NCBI GenBank assembly: GCA_965215885.1
Contig: CBDCEW010000105.1
Span: forward strand, 160,001 to 224,000
Origin: Candidatus Moanibacter sp.
GTDB taxonomy: Bacteria > Verrucomicrobiota > Verrucomicrobiia > Opitutales > UBA2987
DNA: 64,000 nucleotides
Direction of reading: 5' to 3'
Part shown: piece after piece, positions 41,271-54,700 of the stretch
Layout of the letters: each line of letters begins with the position of its first letter
Position numbering within the stretch: the stretch's first letter is position 1
Program-made: the position numbers and the translations under genes
Notes under the pieces: model-generated
Told to the model about the DNA's origin: nothing
Seen by the model: only the letters and a program-made list of their open reading frames with translations
Databases searched by the model: none

Positions 41271-41591
41271 ATGCAATATCACCAATTCCATCTAAAGAAA
41301 AGTAAACGGGAATTAATAATTACGATTAACGAATCAAAATTCGACGCTTCCGCGGTAGGCGAGTTTAGGAACCGTCTGTCCGAGGCTTGGGAGGAGGTGA
41401 TATCGGGGGTGACAATCGATTTTTCCAAGGTCGATTTTATCGACTCCTCAGGGATCGGAGCGCTCTTGAGCGTTCAGAAGCGGCTCAAGCAGAGAGACGA
41501 ACCCGTTACCATATTGAACGCCAAGCCACCCGTCATTAGCGTAATAGAACTGCTCCGCCTGCATCGAGTATTTACTCTGCGTTCTCAATAA
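41271..41591 (+). CDS. STAS anti-sigma factor antagonist
   Basis: IDFSKVDFIDSSGIGALL with the phospho-acceptor Ser. Confidence 0.9.
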   Translation: MQYHQFHLKKSKRELIITINESKFDASAVGEFRNRLSEAWEEVISGVTIDFSKVDFIDSSGIGALLSVQKRLKQRDEPVTILNAKPPVISVIELLRLHRVFTLRSQ

Positions 41592-42735
41592 CCGTTATTC
41601 CGGGGGGCAAATCGTATTTCCACTCCTGAAGGGAGAAAGCCCACCGTTCCCTGATCGCTTCGATCTGCGGCTTTCCAATCGTGTAGACATTCTTTCTATA
41701 CGCGCGTTCCGATTCCACGTAAGCGCTGATCTGAGAGAGCCCACCCATCTTCTTCTCCAGGCGGAAGTGGTCATAGATTTCTTCGACCGCATCCATCGGA
41801 TTTCTTTCTAACGACTCGTATTTCAATTCGAAAAAACAATCCGTCGACAGTGAATTGCGATCTCTCAGAAACCTCCGCATGATTAATTCGTAATTCTCAA
41901 GCGTGATTTCTTCAAAATCCAAGTCCTTCCAGTTCTGCCACGCAAAGGCCGGCATTGTCCTTCCAAAGTGTCTAACCGTCGAACAAAATACCTCGAAAGG
42001 GTTGCGAACAATGTGGATGAATTTCGCTTTAGGGAATACTGATCTCAACCAGGGAATGCGCGCTGTCGCGGCGGGATTCTTCAAGAGCAGGCGCTTTCCC
42101 CTGTTTTCTTCACTGTAGGCCAGCTTCTTCAGAAGGTAGTTGTAGGTGTAGGCGAATTCTTCCAATTCCTCCTTTCCAACCCCTTCCAACAATATCGATC
42201 GCCTGTATATCTCCCGAAAGTGGCGAGGGAAGTAATAACAGTAGTAATAGCACAGCAGACCCATATTCCCGAGGGCCATTTCTTCTTCTTGTGGAGAATC
42301 GAGTGAGAGCCGCACATTGTCCATTCCTCGAGTTTCAGGCAGAATTTTCTCGATTATTGGCGGAGCGATTTTGAGCTTTCCGAGAAAATCCCAGGGCATA
42401 GCTGTCTGCAGAAACGAAATCCAGGCGAACTGTGGATCCTGGCTGAGGAGATTATGTAGATAAGTCGTGCCGCTTCGCCAATGTCCAACGATAAAAATCG
42501 GATCCTTCTCAATCTCGGTCTCCTCGATGCCACGATCGTGCATGAGCCGTTCCCACCGATAGAAGGGAAAACGCAGAATCACGGCCATTACCGCCGCCAG
42601 TCGGACCCAACGCGACTCTCCTTGAAAGGGACCATACCGGCGCTTCGTTTGAAGCAACGTGAGCAGATTGCTCCCCCCTAACGGGTGCAGTAGCGGTCTC
42701 TTAAATTCCTCTGGAGTAGATCGCGAGGACCTCAC
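41572..42735 (-). CDS. PAPS-dependent sulfotransferase (Sulfotransfer_3 / Stf3-like)
   Basis: FIVGHWRSGTTYLH (5'-PSB loop), PQEEE, LLKNP and HIVRNP; GTG start overlaps the PKS TAG by 1 nt. Confidence 0.9.
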   Translation of the reverse strand: MRSSRSTPEEFKRPLLHPLGGSNLLTLLQTKRRYGPFQGESRWVRLAAVMAVILRFPFYRWERLMHDRGIEETEIEKDPIFIVGHWRSGTTYLHNLLSQDPQFAWISFLQTAMPWDFLGKLKIAPPIIEKILPETRGMDNVRLSLDSPQEEEMALGNMGLLCYYYCYYFPRHFREIYRRSILLEGVGKEELEEFAYTYNYLLKKLAYSEENRGKRLLLKNPAATARIPWLRSVFPKAKFIHIVRNPFEVFCSTVRHFGRTMPAFAWQNWKDLDFEEITLENYELIMRRFLRDRNSLSTDCFFELKYESLERNPMDAVEEIYDHFRLEKKMGGLSQISAYVESERAYRKNVYTIGKPQIEAIRERWAFSLQEWKYDLPPGITVIENAE

Positions 42736-45700
42736 TACACAGTACTCGCATGTGCAGCATCGGAAGACTCGGCTTCTTTGAATCGAGCGACCGTCTCAGG
42801 CGAAATAAAATAGTTTTCACACTGGGGTCTCGCCGCCTCGAATTCGAGCGATTGTAACAATCGGTAATGAGCTAATGAATCTCTTACCTTGACAGGTCCC
42901 AAGGTGGGCCTGATACCGGAACTCTTACCGGTTAACAAACTGGAGAGTATGCATCCGGTAATCTCTCTCGAGTCTCGCCCTGCCAGCGTCAGAAGATGAT
43001 CGCCTCCCAATTCCTCTAAAAGGCTGGCAGTACCATTGGGTAGAAAGATCGTCTCGCTGATCTCTTCGTTTAACCGCAACAAACCTCCCGTCGTGAATAA
43101 TATATCATGTTGCGTTTCAAGGCGCTTAATGGCGTCGAAAACCCGAAAACAGGGCGGAAAGGAATCATCCACGATGAGAGAACCGGGTTGCAGTCGGTTC
43201 ACATCCAGTATTCCCGGTACATTCGTAGCGCCGAGAATGAAAGTAGCTTCATAAACCGCGTCCGGGAGCTTCCCTCGGCTCGTCTCGAGGCGCACGTCGC
43301 CCCGGAAATTCACTTCCTCAGCTAGCTTTCGGCGAATCTCATCTAGTGCCTCAGCCTTTTGATATAGATCACACAGTATCAACTCACGCGGATGCGGCAA
43401 AACCTCCAACATCAACCGAAGGGACGCATAACCAATCGATCCCAAGCCTACGATCGCGACACTTTCCTTCGAGAAATCCCGTTCCGTCTGGCTCAATAGT
43501 CCCTCTATCGACTTTATTATCGTGGCCGTTGTAGTGGCATGGCCTGTCGTGATCTCCGGCATATCGTCACGCTTGTCGATCCACTCAACTATCTTCCTGC
43601 CGTAATCCGTGGCAGATGGAATCAGGCCCGTCAGTGAGACTTGTGCGGCGCCCATCTTTGCCGCCACTTCCATCGCTCCTACAACATGCTCAACCAGGGC
43701 ATCCTGATCTTTGTAGAGTTCCGCCCCCAGCCGCGGCAGCATTATCAAGCCTATGCGTCCGAACGAAGTCTCGTAGAGATTTGACAAAAACGGCTGACCG
43801 CGGAGCCAATTGTGAACGATATCCTCCTTAGACAGGCCGGTCAGCGCTAAAAAGGCATCCGGAATATAGGCCAGTGCAACCGCATCCGCTCGGGGCAGAT
43901 CTTCCTGGTTGCCACTAACATTATCGATTATCTCCACCGTGAGGTAACTCGAGTCGAGCTCCTCATTCACAAAACCGTTGGCAGCTTGTCCGCTTTCCAA
44001 CATCCCATCCGCCTGGCTTTCCTGCAGGCACGGTACCGTATCCAGATAGCGTGCCAGGTTCTCTACCGTGGGATTCTGTAGAAAGACGTCCACCGGTAAC
44101 CGCCGGTTAAACGCCTGGGAAACTTCCGTGAGTATCTGCACGGCAAGCAATGAGTCTCCTCCGAGGTCAAAAAAGTTATCACGAATACCAATTCTATCGC
44201 TCTTAAAAACGATGTTTAGTATATCGACCAGGATCTTCTCGCTGGGAGTTCTCGGCGAAAGATATTCTGCTTGAATGTCGCTTCGCTGCAATGTCGGAGC
44301 CGGCAACTTGAGCCGATCGACTTTTCTGTTCGGGGTCATCGGGTATTCGTCCAACAGCACGTAGGTGCCTGGTCGCATGTACTCTGGCATCCGCTCCATC
44401 ATATAAGAGCGCAAGACGCCGACAATCCCATCATACTCATCTTCCGGTATGATATAAGCTGCCAATCCTTCACTCGGCAGGTCGCTCCGTTTGATTACGA
44501 TTGCCTGCTTCACGTAAGGATGACTCTTCAGGTGCTCCTCGATATCCTCCAATTCGATCCGATATCCGCGAAGTTTAATCTGGGAATCGTTGCGACCCAG
44601 AAAGTCAATCTTTCCATCGGGTCTGAAACGGGCCATATCGCCCGTTTCGTAGAGGCGCTCGCTCCTGCCGTTGGGAAGCGTGATCTGCAGGAACTTCTCC
44701 GCTGTCATTTCAGGTTGGTTATGGTAGCCACGCGCCAAACCGTCACCGCCGATGTAAAAATTACCCACAAAACCTGGCGGCAAGGCTTTGTGATTATCGT
44801 CCAGAATATAAACCGTCGTGTTGGCAATGGGCCGCCCAATGGACACAGTTCCCCCGCCCGTGGTTACCCTGTCAACAGTCGACCAGATGGTTGTCTCGGT
44901 AGGCCCGTAGAGGTTCCAGACCGCACGAGTAGAGGGTAAAAGCGCTTCCGCCAACTCCCGAGAAAGAGTCTCACCTCCGCAAAAGACGCGCAGGTCGTGT
45001 TTACCCTCCCATCCGGAATCCAGTAACATCTGCCAGGTTGCGGGAGTCGCCTGCATTGTAGTTACCGCATATTCATCCAGAAGAACGGATAGCCTTCGGC
45101 CATCGGAGGCTTCTTGCCTCGTAGCGATGACAACGCGCGCCTCAGATATAAGGGGAAGGAGTAACTCCAGTATCGAAATATCAAAGGAGAGAGTCGTCAC
45201 CGCCAGAAGTGTGTCGTCTGCGCTTAACCCCGGTAATTCTCTCATCGAGGTGAGAAAATTAACCACTGCCCGGTGGGGAATCTCGACACCCTTGGGCCTT
45301 CCCGTAGAGCCGGATGTATAGATTATGTAAGCGAGCGACTCTGAGGTCTGTCCACTAACGACCGGCGCTACCGCCGATTCGCCGCAACTCTCTATCAGCA
45401 CGGTTGTCCAATTGCCTTTGGGAAGATTCCTCAACAACTGATTCTGCGTAAGGACGACGCCGGGCTTGGCGTCATCCAGCATCTGCTCGAGCCGAAAGCT
45501 GGGAAAGGCGGGATCCAGAGGCACAAAACATCCACCCGATTTCAATATACCGAGAATACCGATCAGCATATCGAGCGATCGGTCCACCAGAATACCGACC
45601 GGCATATCCAACCCGATTCCGGCAGTCCGAAGTTTTTCCGCCACGGCGTTGGCACGCCTGTTCAATTCCAAATAGGTTAATGATTTGCCCGCACAGGTAA

Positions 45701-48700
45701 CCGCAACGGCTTCAGGCGTACGGGCGGCATGTTCGCTCACCAACTGATGCACGCAGGTTTCCTCCGGGCAATCGGAAGCGGTCGCATTCCACTCCTCGAG
45801 AATCTTCCTTTCCTCCTCCTGGGAGAGAAACGAAATCTCCGATATCCGCTTTCCGGGATGGACTACGAGATCCTCAAGCACCTGCTCGTAGAGCATATTG
45901 AGGCGGCCGATTGTTTCCGGTTCAAAAAGGTCGCGATTGTATTGCCAACAACCGTAAATGTTTCCATCCGCTTCTTCGACGACCAGCGAAATCTCGAATT
46001 GCGCCTGGCGCAAATTCAGGTCGATCGACTCAACGGAGATATCCCTGACCTTGAAATTGTGGCCACCTTGTCCAATAAGAAACACCGCGATACCCTGGTC
46101 GTCCACACCTGGAATTCGCTCCATCGAAAACGTTACCTGGAAAATCGGAGAACGGCTCGAATCGCGACGCACCTGCAAATGGTCGACCAACATGGATAGG
46201 GGATATTCCTGATTCTCAAATGCTCCGATTCGGGTATCGCTGACGCGGTCGAGGTAATCTGTAAAGACGGGGTCATCGTCGACCTTACTTCGCAGGGCGA
46301 CAGGATTGATGAAGTAGCCTACCAGATCATGAAATTCCTTGCGACGTCGGCCGTAGAAAGGACTACCGATGAGGAGATCATCCTGATTGCAGTAGCGATG
46401 CAAGAGGACCTGAAAAGCGGATAGCAACAGGGTGTAAAGCGTCACATTGCGCTCCGAGGCGAGCCCTTCTACCCTTTCGGTCAGATTCTCGTTCAGCTTG
46501 AAACCATGGGTCGCTCCGTTGAAACTCTGTATGGGCGGTCTAGGATGATCGGTCGGCAGATCGAGCACAAATTGCGCATCACTCATCTGATTCACCCAGT
46601 ATTTGAGCATACCCTCGCTCTCCGGCCCATCCAACAAATCCTGTTGCCACTTTACATAGTCGGCGTAGCGACATTTAAGTGGCGCAAAATCCGGTTCGAA
46701 TCCCGCCTTAATCGAGAAATAACTCTCGATTAAGTCATTCATGATCAGAACGATCGACCAGGCATCGGAAACGATATGATGCATGCAAAGCAAGGCCACG
46801 TGGGCGTTGTCTGCGGTGCGGAATAATTCGAGCCGAACTACCGGACCGCGCTCAAGATCAAAAGGTCGGTTGGTGTGCTCGATCAGCAACTCCTTGATCT
46901 CATCCCTGCTCAATTCAGTGGCATCATGTTCCCGAAAATCAATACTCCGCCCATCGTGAGTCACTTGTATCAGCTGTCCGTTTTCAGCCTTTATGGTGAC
47001 ATCGAGCATCGGATGCCGGCGGAAGAGCGCCGCGAAGGCCTTTTTCATCACCGGTATGTCGACATAGGGCGAGATGCTGGAACTGAAGACCAGATTATAG
47101 GCCGAACTCTCAGGAGCCAAACGGTTAAGAAACCAGAGCGCCCGCTGCCCGCGCGAAAGTGGAAATTCCTTTATCGCCGGATCCGATATCATGAGTGCAC
47201 TGCCCACAGCCCCATCCTCAGCGATCTCCCCAAGATCTCCTTCCCCGGACTGCAGCAACATTTCGAGCACCGATACCGCCAGTTGGGATATGTTCGGGCC
47301 CTGCAAAAACTGGCCCATTTGCAGATTAATGCCCAGGCTCGACTCCAGCCGATTCATCAATTCGATAGCCATCAGGGAATCGAGACCGATCTGAGTAAGA
47401 GGCGTCTCCCGCTCGACTTTGGTAGAACTCGTCCCAAACACCTGCGCAACCTCTTCACATATAAAATCCTCCAGAAGCTTTAGACGCTCTTCCGGTGGAG
47501 CGCCAATTATCATCGGCCGAATCGAACCGGCTTTGGCACTCGCCGAATCAGCGGCTTCCTTCTGAGCAACCAGTGAAAAAGTGGGAGATTTCGCCGTCGT
47601 CGGGTTAATTTTGAAGAGCAAATTCCAGTCAATCCTGGCAGCGCCAAGTTGAACCGGATCTCTCCCCAGGATCTCGGCAAAGATCTCCAGTGCTTCCTCC
47701 ACCTGGAAGGTCTTCATTCCCACTTTATCGAGGTATTGTGCCGTCATCTCATCACGCTCCACGAAACCCGCCCCCAAGATAGCGCCCCAGTTCAAGGTAA
47801 GCGCGGGAAGCCCCAGCGAGCGCCGGTAGTGAGCGAGCGCGTCGAGAAATAGATTGCCCGCGCAGTAGTTACTCTGGCGAGTCGCGCCGATCATCGACGA
47901 TATCGATGAGAGACAGACAAAGTGATCCAGGGGCATATCTTTTGTCTCAAGATGCAAGTTCCATGCCCCCAGCATTTTCGGCCTGAGCACCCTGTTAAAA
48001 CGCTCCCTGTCAAGGTCCTTAATGAAATCGTCATCGAGAACCATGGCACCGTGTATAACACCCTTTAAGGGAGGTAAACTGGACTTAATCTTCTCGACTA
48101 TCCGTGATACGTCCTCTTCCTTCGTAAAATCCCCTCTGGCATCGATAACAGCGACGCCTCCCGCGATCATCTCTTCGATGTCTCGCTTTTCTCCTTCCGT
48201 CTTTGCTCCACTGCGACTTCCAAGGACCAACGTTCCCGCTCCCATTCGAGCCATCCACTTTGCCACTTCCAGGCCAAACCCACTCGCCCCTCCCGTAATC
48301 AGATAGGAAGCATCCTTCTTAAATAGTCTCTTCGAGTCTGAAGGAGGACCGACCGGAATCGTGTCCAGTTGAAAAGAGAGGACGTTCTTTCCGATGTGCT
48401 TCGCCTGCGCCATGTAGCGAAACGCTTTCCCTGCCTCCGTAACTGGGAAAGATTTGAGGGGTAAGGGAGGCAACCTGTTTTCCGCAAACTCTGCCGAAAG
48501 CTCCATCAGGAGGGAGGCGATGTAGTGCGGCCTTTCCTCAACGTGTTGAGCCAGATCGATCGCAAAGTAGGAAATGTTGTTCTTGAAAGGTTCCAACCCG
48601 ATCATTGTGTTCTGGTAAATGTCTACTTTCCCTATTTCCAGAAAGCGGCCGTAGGGAGCCAGCACGGAGATACTCTTTCGTATCCAATCGCCTGCCAGCG

Positions 48701-51700
48701 AGTTGAGCACCACATCAACTCCGCCACCTTCAGTGATTTTCATGACCTCATCCGCAAAATCGAGGCTACGGGAATCCATCACATGGGAGACGCCCATATC
48801 CCGGAGGAACTCTCGCTTTTCCGGAGTGCCGGCGGTGGTAAATATCTCCGCTCCGATTCCCTTTGCGATGCGTATCGCCGCCTGTCCGACGCCCCCGGAC
48901 CCTGCGTGAATGAGGATTGTCTCCCCTTTCTGCAGATGTCCAAGATGGTTCAAAGCGTAATAGGCGGTAAGGTATACGGTAGGCAGCGTGGCCGCTTCCT
49001 CGAAACTCATGTGGCCCGGTTTACGAAAGATCATATTTCGATCAATCGTCACATGGGTCCTGAAACAGTAGGGGGCCATACCTGCCACTTCGTCACCTAC
49101 CTTCAGGTCCTCTACACCCTTACCTAATCTTAATATCGTGCCGGAAAAGTCATCTCCCAACCATCTCAGGTCTTTGCTGTTGCCCGGGTAGATTCCAAGA
49201 GCCTTCATCACATCGCGGAAATTAATCCCGCCCGCCGCAACTCTGATCTCCACTTCCCCTTCCTCCGGCGAACGCCTTGTCGTCTCGTTGAGTGACAGAT
49301 TGTCAAGTATTCCAGGCGTTGGTATCTCGAGACGGTAAGGAGTCACAGTATCTCCATTCACCGCGTTGTGCAGGCGAAGGGGGAGATCCTCATGGGGAAC
49401 ACTCAAGACCCGATGCACAAAACGCTTCCCCGACCGCAAAGCCAATTCAAATTCCTCATCATTGAGGATAATCTCCTCGAACAAGCCCCCTACCTCCTCG
49501 ACTTCCACCTCCGGATCCAAATCGATAACCGTCCAGCAGAATTCCTTATACTCATTGTTAGCCACCCGCAGGAATCCGGATAGTGGTGTGGATGCGATCG
49601 ATTGTAAGGTCTCATCTCCATTCAGGTATTGCGCACCCCGAGTAACCATCCATACCCTCGGTGCGGGATCGAGTGCGGCGCTTCCCAATGCCTTGGCCAG
49701 CAATAGGGTATTCAATACTCCCGTTTTTTGCGCCTCATCCAGGGAGACAGGATCCGTATCCGCTGAATTGCAGTGGTCGACACTCAAGCAATGGATGATA
49801 CCTCGAAACGTGAGGGACAGTTCTCCCACCGCCTCGATCAGCTTTGCAATGTCCTCGTGGCTTCCCGGCTGAAATTCAAAGTTCCATTCGTCCAATTGGG
49901 CAAATTCATCGCCCACCTCAGCAACCAGGCAAGATCGCTTCTCTTCGCGCAATCGTTCCGCCACCGCCCTTCCCGTGCCCTTATGGTCGGCGATTACCAG
50001 ATAGAGCTCGTTAATCTCTCCTTCTTTCTTCGGTTCCACCGCCTTCCTATCCAACTCCGGACCCTTAGCCAGAAAGACTGTTTGAGAGGTCTCTTCCTCT
50101 CTGGGGCCATCGACAAAGGATGCGACGTTTTCAAATCCGCTCTCATTGAGCAGCTTCTCCCACTTCTCACGTGGAAGTAATGCCGAATGTGGCCGCAAGT
50201 CGGTATCGCTGTACTGCCACCAACCCTTGAGTTGTCCAAAGACCATATCCAGGCCCAGCCGCGGCGACGTGACCTCCAGGAATATCAGCAAGCCGTTTGA
50301 TGCCAACAGATCTTGCACCACGCCGAGCGTTTTCCTCAGTTCCGAAGTTGCGTGTAGAACGTCCGTTGCCAGAATGAGATCAAATGAATGCAGTTTAATC
50401 CCCTGCTCGACGGGGTCCTTCTCAACATCGAGAAGGCGGTATTCTACAAAATCGTACTCGCTGAACTCCTTTCTTGCATCATTCAAAAACAGCGGTCCAA
50501 TGTCCGTGAAACTATATTCACTACGATCTTTCGGCAGTATCGGGAGCACGCTCCTCGTCAATGAACCGGTTCCCGCTCCTACTTCTAGAACGCGTAAGGT
50601 ACGTCGCTGCGGCAGGTCTTCAATAGCCCGCAAGACCGCCATCTGGATCAGTTCATTGTAAGCAAGAAAATCGGCGCCCTCTTTGTAAAAATCTGAGAAT
50701 CGCTCTACAGAGCCTCCCGGGAATATCACTTCCATTGGATCAACCTTCCCCGAGAGAATCTCTCCCAATCTCGCACCGCACACCCTCTCCAGATGTAGAT
50801 CAGAGGCAAAATTCGGATACTTCTCCTCCAATTCATCGATCAGCGGCAGGGCTTCCGCGGGCTTCGGCGCCTTTAACACTTCCCATTCTTCATCGGCCAC
50901 CGTCTTGAGAACGTCCTCTTTATCCAAAGCGACCAGGAACGAACGCGTCAACCGCTCATGCTGATCAACGATTCCCAGTTCCCCAACAAAATCACTGAAC
51001 CGAAATCTCTCTCCCGGAGTCGGGCGCCAACCCAGTTCGCAAAACGCATTTATGATAAATAGGACACAAATGTCTTCCACGGAGGGCATAAACTCGTTAA
51101 AGTAGCGCTCCAGATCATACCGTTTGTAAACTTCTCCTACACTCGGACTCAGCCCTCTCAATATCTCTTCAGTTCCCGCGAATTTCGCGGAGCCCGAAGC
51201 CCCACTCCCTCGCAAATGTCTCTCCTTCCACTCTAACTGGTAAAAGCAGCGAAATATGTCACTTTCGGACTTGGTGTCACTTTGTTCCACGCGTTCCACG
51301 CGGAATCCGAGAATGTCTGCCACACGCTCACCCCGATCATTGAATACCTCCACATTCGCTTCCATCACCTCACCATCATCGAGGTAGAGATCGGCGTGGC
51401 CCCAGAGCCGCGGCTCGATGGGTCCATACATGCGAACACGCTTTATCGTGGCGGGCAGGTAGAAGTTATCCTTCGCCAAACGCCCCTCCGGCGCTACCTG
51501 AGCGCCTTTCACGCATTGAAAACAGGCATCGAGCACAGCGGGGTGAAAAAGGTACTCTTCGAGACCCTCGAGAACTTCCTCCGACGCCACAATTTCCCCA
51601 ATTGTCTCACCCGGCTTAACCCAGATATTCTGCAAGAGCTGGAAATTGGGACCAAACTGGTATCCCGCATCTTTGTAATCGGAATAGTATTGATCGTGAT

Positions 51701-54700
51701 CGAGCTTCTCCTCCAAGTTATCCCGAATCGCGGCCAGGTCGACCGAATCGCGTTCTTGCGGAGTAAGTATCTGGAGCCGGCCATGCGCGTTTAAATCCCA
51801 ATCTGTCCTCGATAGCGTCGAACTGTAAATCCTGAATGAACCGTCCGCTTCATCAAAGAGAACTCGCAGCGTCGGCACGTTTCGATCCGAATAAAAGAGC
51901 GCCTTTGTTGTCTTAATATCCTCGACGACATAGTGCTCATCGGGAAAGAGTTCCCTCGCCACCGCAAATCCGATCTCGGCGAATCCGGAGGCCGGAAAAA
52001 TCATCGAGTCCCAGAATCGGTGATCGTCGAGATAGCTGAAAGCCCTCGGGTCCAATTCAAATTCCCAGGAAGGGCTCGGTGAACTCACTCTCACTCCGAG
52101 AAGCGGATGAACAATTGGCGAGAGTCGCTGGGCCTTCGATTCTTCCGATTCGAGCCAGAAACCCTCATGTTTCCACGGATAGGAAGGAAGACGAACGAAT
52201 CGACTGTCAGCGTCCTGCAGGGCTTCCCATTTAATCGGATAACCCATCGCATAGAGCCGACCGAGAGTCTCCAGCATATAGGATTGTTCCGGTTGTCTTC
52301 TTCTCAAGGACCCCAGGGTCGTGCCGGTCTTGCCGGCCTGCGTCAGGCACTCGTTAATCGATGCGGAATGGATGGGACTTGGCCCCAATTCGAGAAAGAG
52401 CTCATCTCCCCCTTCGATAATATTGTATACCGCATCGCTGAATCTGACGGGCTCCCGGACATTCTTCCACCAATACGAGGCGTCCAGTTTCTCGCCTCCC
52501 AACTTATCACCGGCGACGGTCGATATGAAAGGTACGTCTCCTGGTTTTGGCTCAATGTCCGCAAGCGATTCCAGAAGTTCATCCTTAATCGGATTCATCT
52601 GGTGGGTATGAAAAGCATAGTCAATCTGTAGCCAGCGAACGAAAACCTTCTGTTCCTCAAGAGGCTCGATGACCGTTTCAATAACTTCGGTGTCACCTGC
52701 CAAAGTAACCATGGCCGGTCCATTGATAGCAGCAATCGCGACCTGGTTCTCAAATCCCCGTATCGCTTCCTTCGCTTTTTCCTGCGTCAATCCCACCGCC
52801 GCCATCCGACCCGCTCCGCCCGTCTTTTCCTGCAAACGGCTGCGGTGGAAAATCACTTTCACAGCATCCTCTAGACTGTAAATACCAGCCCAATAGGCTG
52901 CCGCCACTTCACCCACACTGTGTCCCACCACTCTGACGGGTTCGACGCCGCGTGAACGCCACAATTCGGCCAGTCCCACCTGCACGGCAAATATGGCCGG
53001 TTGCGCAACATAAGTGCGATTTATGTTTGAATCGACCTTTCCTCGGGACATCTCCTCAAGCAGTGACCAACCGCCCAAAGCGTAGATCAGCTTATCGATC
53101 TGTTTGATGGCCTTGCGAAATACCGGTTCCGTTCTCAGGAGTTCCTGTCCCATTCCCCACCATTGGGGTCCCTGTCCGCTGAATACAAAAACAGATTTTG
53201 GTTCCTTGGCAGCGGCGCGATCGGACACCAAACCCGGCACCCGATTCTCTTCTCTTTCCCAGGCTTGCAGTTTGTCGGCCAGTTCCTTGGAAGTGACCCC
53301 AACGACTGCCAGCCGATGCTCATGGTGACTCTTACGCAGGGCCGCCGTGGAAGCTAAGTCGGGAAGGGAAACCCTACCATTCTGGGAGCCATTCTCGAGC
53401 ATATCGCGGAAGGCACCGACATAAACTTTCAGCGATTCCTCGGTATTGGCGGAGACCGGTAGCAGCACTGGCCCCTCCCATGAGCGTTTTTTTCGCTTGG
53501 GCTCAATCTTCTTCTTCTGCGGAGGCGCTTCTTCCAATACAATATGGGCATTTGTTCCACCGAAACCGAAGGAATTTACCGCCACCACAGCGGATTCTCC
53601 ATCGCACGGCAACGGCTCCGCCTCAGTGGGAACCCTTAATCGAAGCTCATCGAATTGTATGTTTGGGTTCGGTGTCTCGAAGTTCAGATTCGGTGGAATT
53701 GTCCGGTGCTTCAGGACAAGCGCCGCTTTTATCAAACCCGCCACCCCCGATCCGGATTCAAGATGGCCGATATTCGTCTTGACGGAACCGATGACACACT
53801 CCTCTCCCTTCCCTCGACCCCTGCAGAGGATGTTTCCGAGAGCCTGCAATTCGATCGGATCGCCTACCGGAGTGCCCGTTCCATGAGCTTCCATATAGCT
53901 TACCCTTTTCGGTGTTATGCCCGCCTGTCGGTATGCTTCTTCCAACATATCCGATTGCGATTTCACTCCCGGAACGGTCATTGCGTTCGTGCGGCCATCC
54001 TGGTTTACCACAGCTGCCCGAATAAGCGCATAGATGGGTAACCCTTCCTCCTGCGCCTTCCTAAGCGGCCTGATAACTAAAATCCCAGCGCCTTCTCCAC
54101 GTACGTAGCCATTGGCGCGAGCGTCGAAGGCATAACATTGCCCGTCCGGCGATAGCATGGAGGCCTTGCTGAACCCGATCGATGAATCTGGCGTCAAGAG
54201 GGCGTTGACTCCTCCCGCCAGCGCTGACTCACATTGACCATCCCATATGCTTTGACACGCCAGATTTATCGCTACCAAAGCCGATGAACAAGCCGTGTCG
54301 ACCGATAAGCTCGGGCCCTTAAAATTGTAGAGATAGGAGATTCGGTTGGAGGCGATGCTCAGTGTGCTCCCGCTATTCGTGTGCACATCCACTTCGGCAG
54401 GCCCCTTCATCTGAATATTGGCGTAGTCGTTACTGGCTATTCCAACGAATACACCTGTATTCGTCCCTGACATCCGATCCGGTGCCAGCCCACCATCTTC
54501 CAACGCCTCCCAAGTCACCTCCAGCAACCATCGCTGCTGGGGATCCATGCGCAGTGCTTCCCTCGGGGAAATCCCGAAAAATCGGGCATCAAATTTATCG
54601 ATTTCGTCGACAAATCCGCCCCAGCGCGTTATCATCTTGCCCGGTATCTGGGGATTCGGGTCGTAGTATCGATCGACATTCCAGCGGCCCTCCGGAACTT

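Noticed and set aside
41572..43900. CurM/Ols-type sulfotransferase-thioesterase olefin-forming terminus
   Set aside because: No TE domain; the sulfotransferase is a separate gene and an NRPS module intervenes
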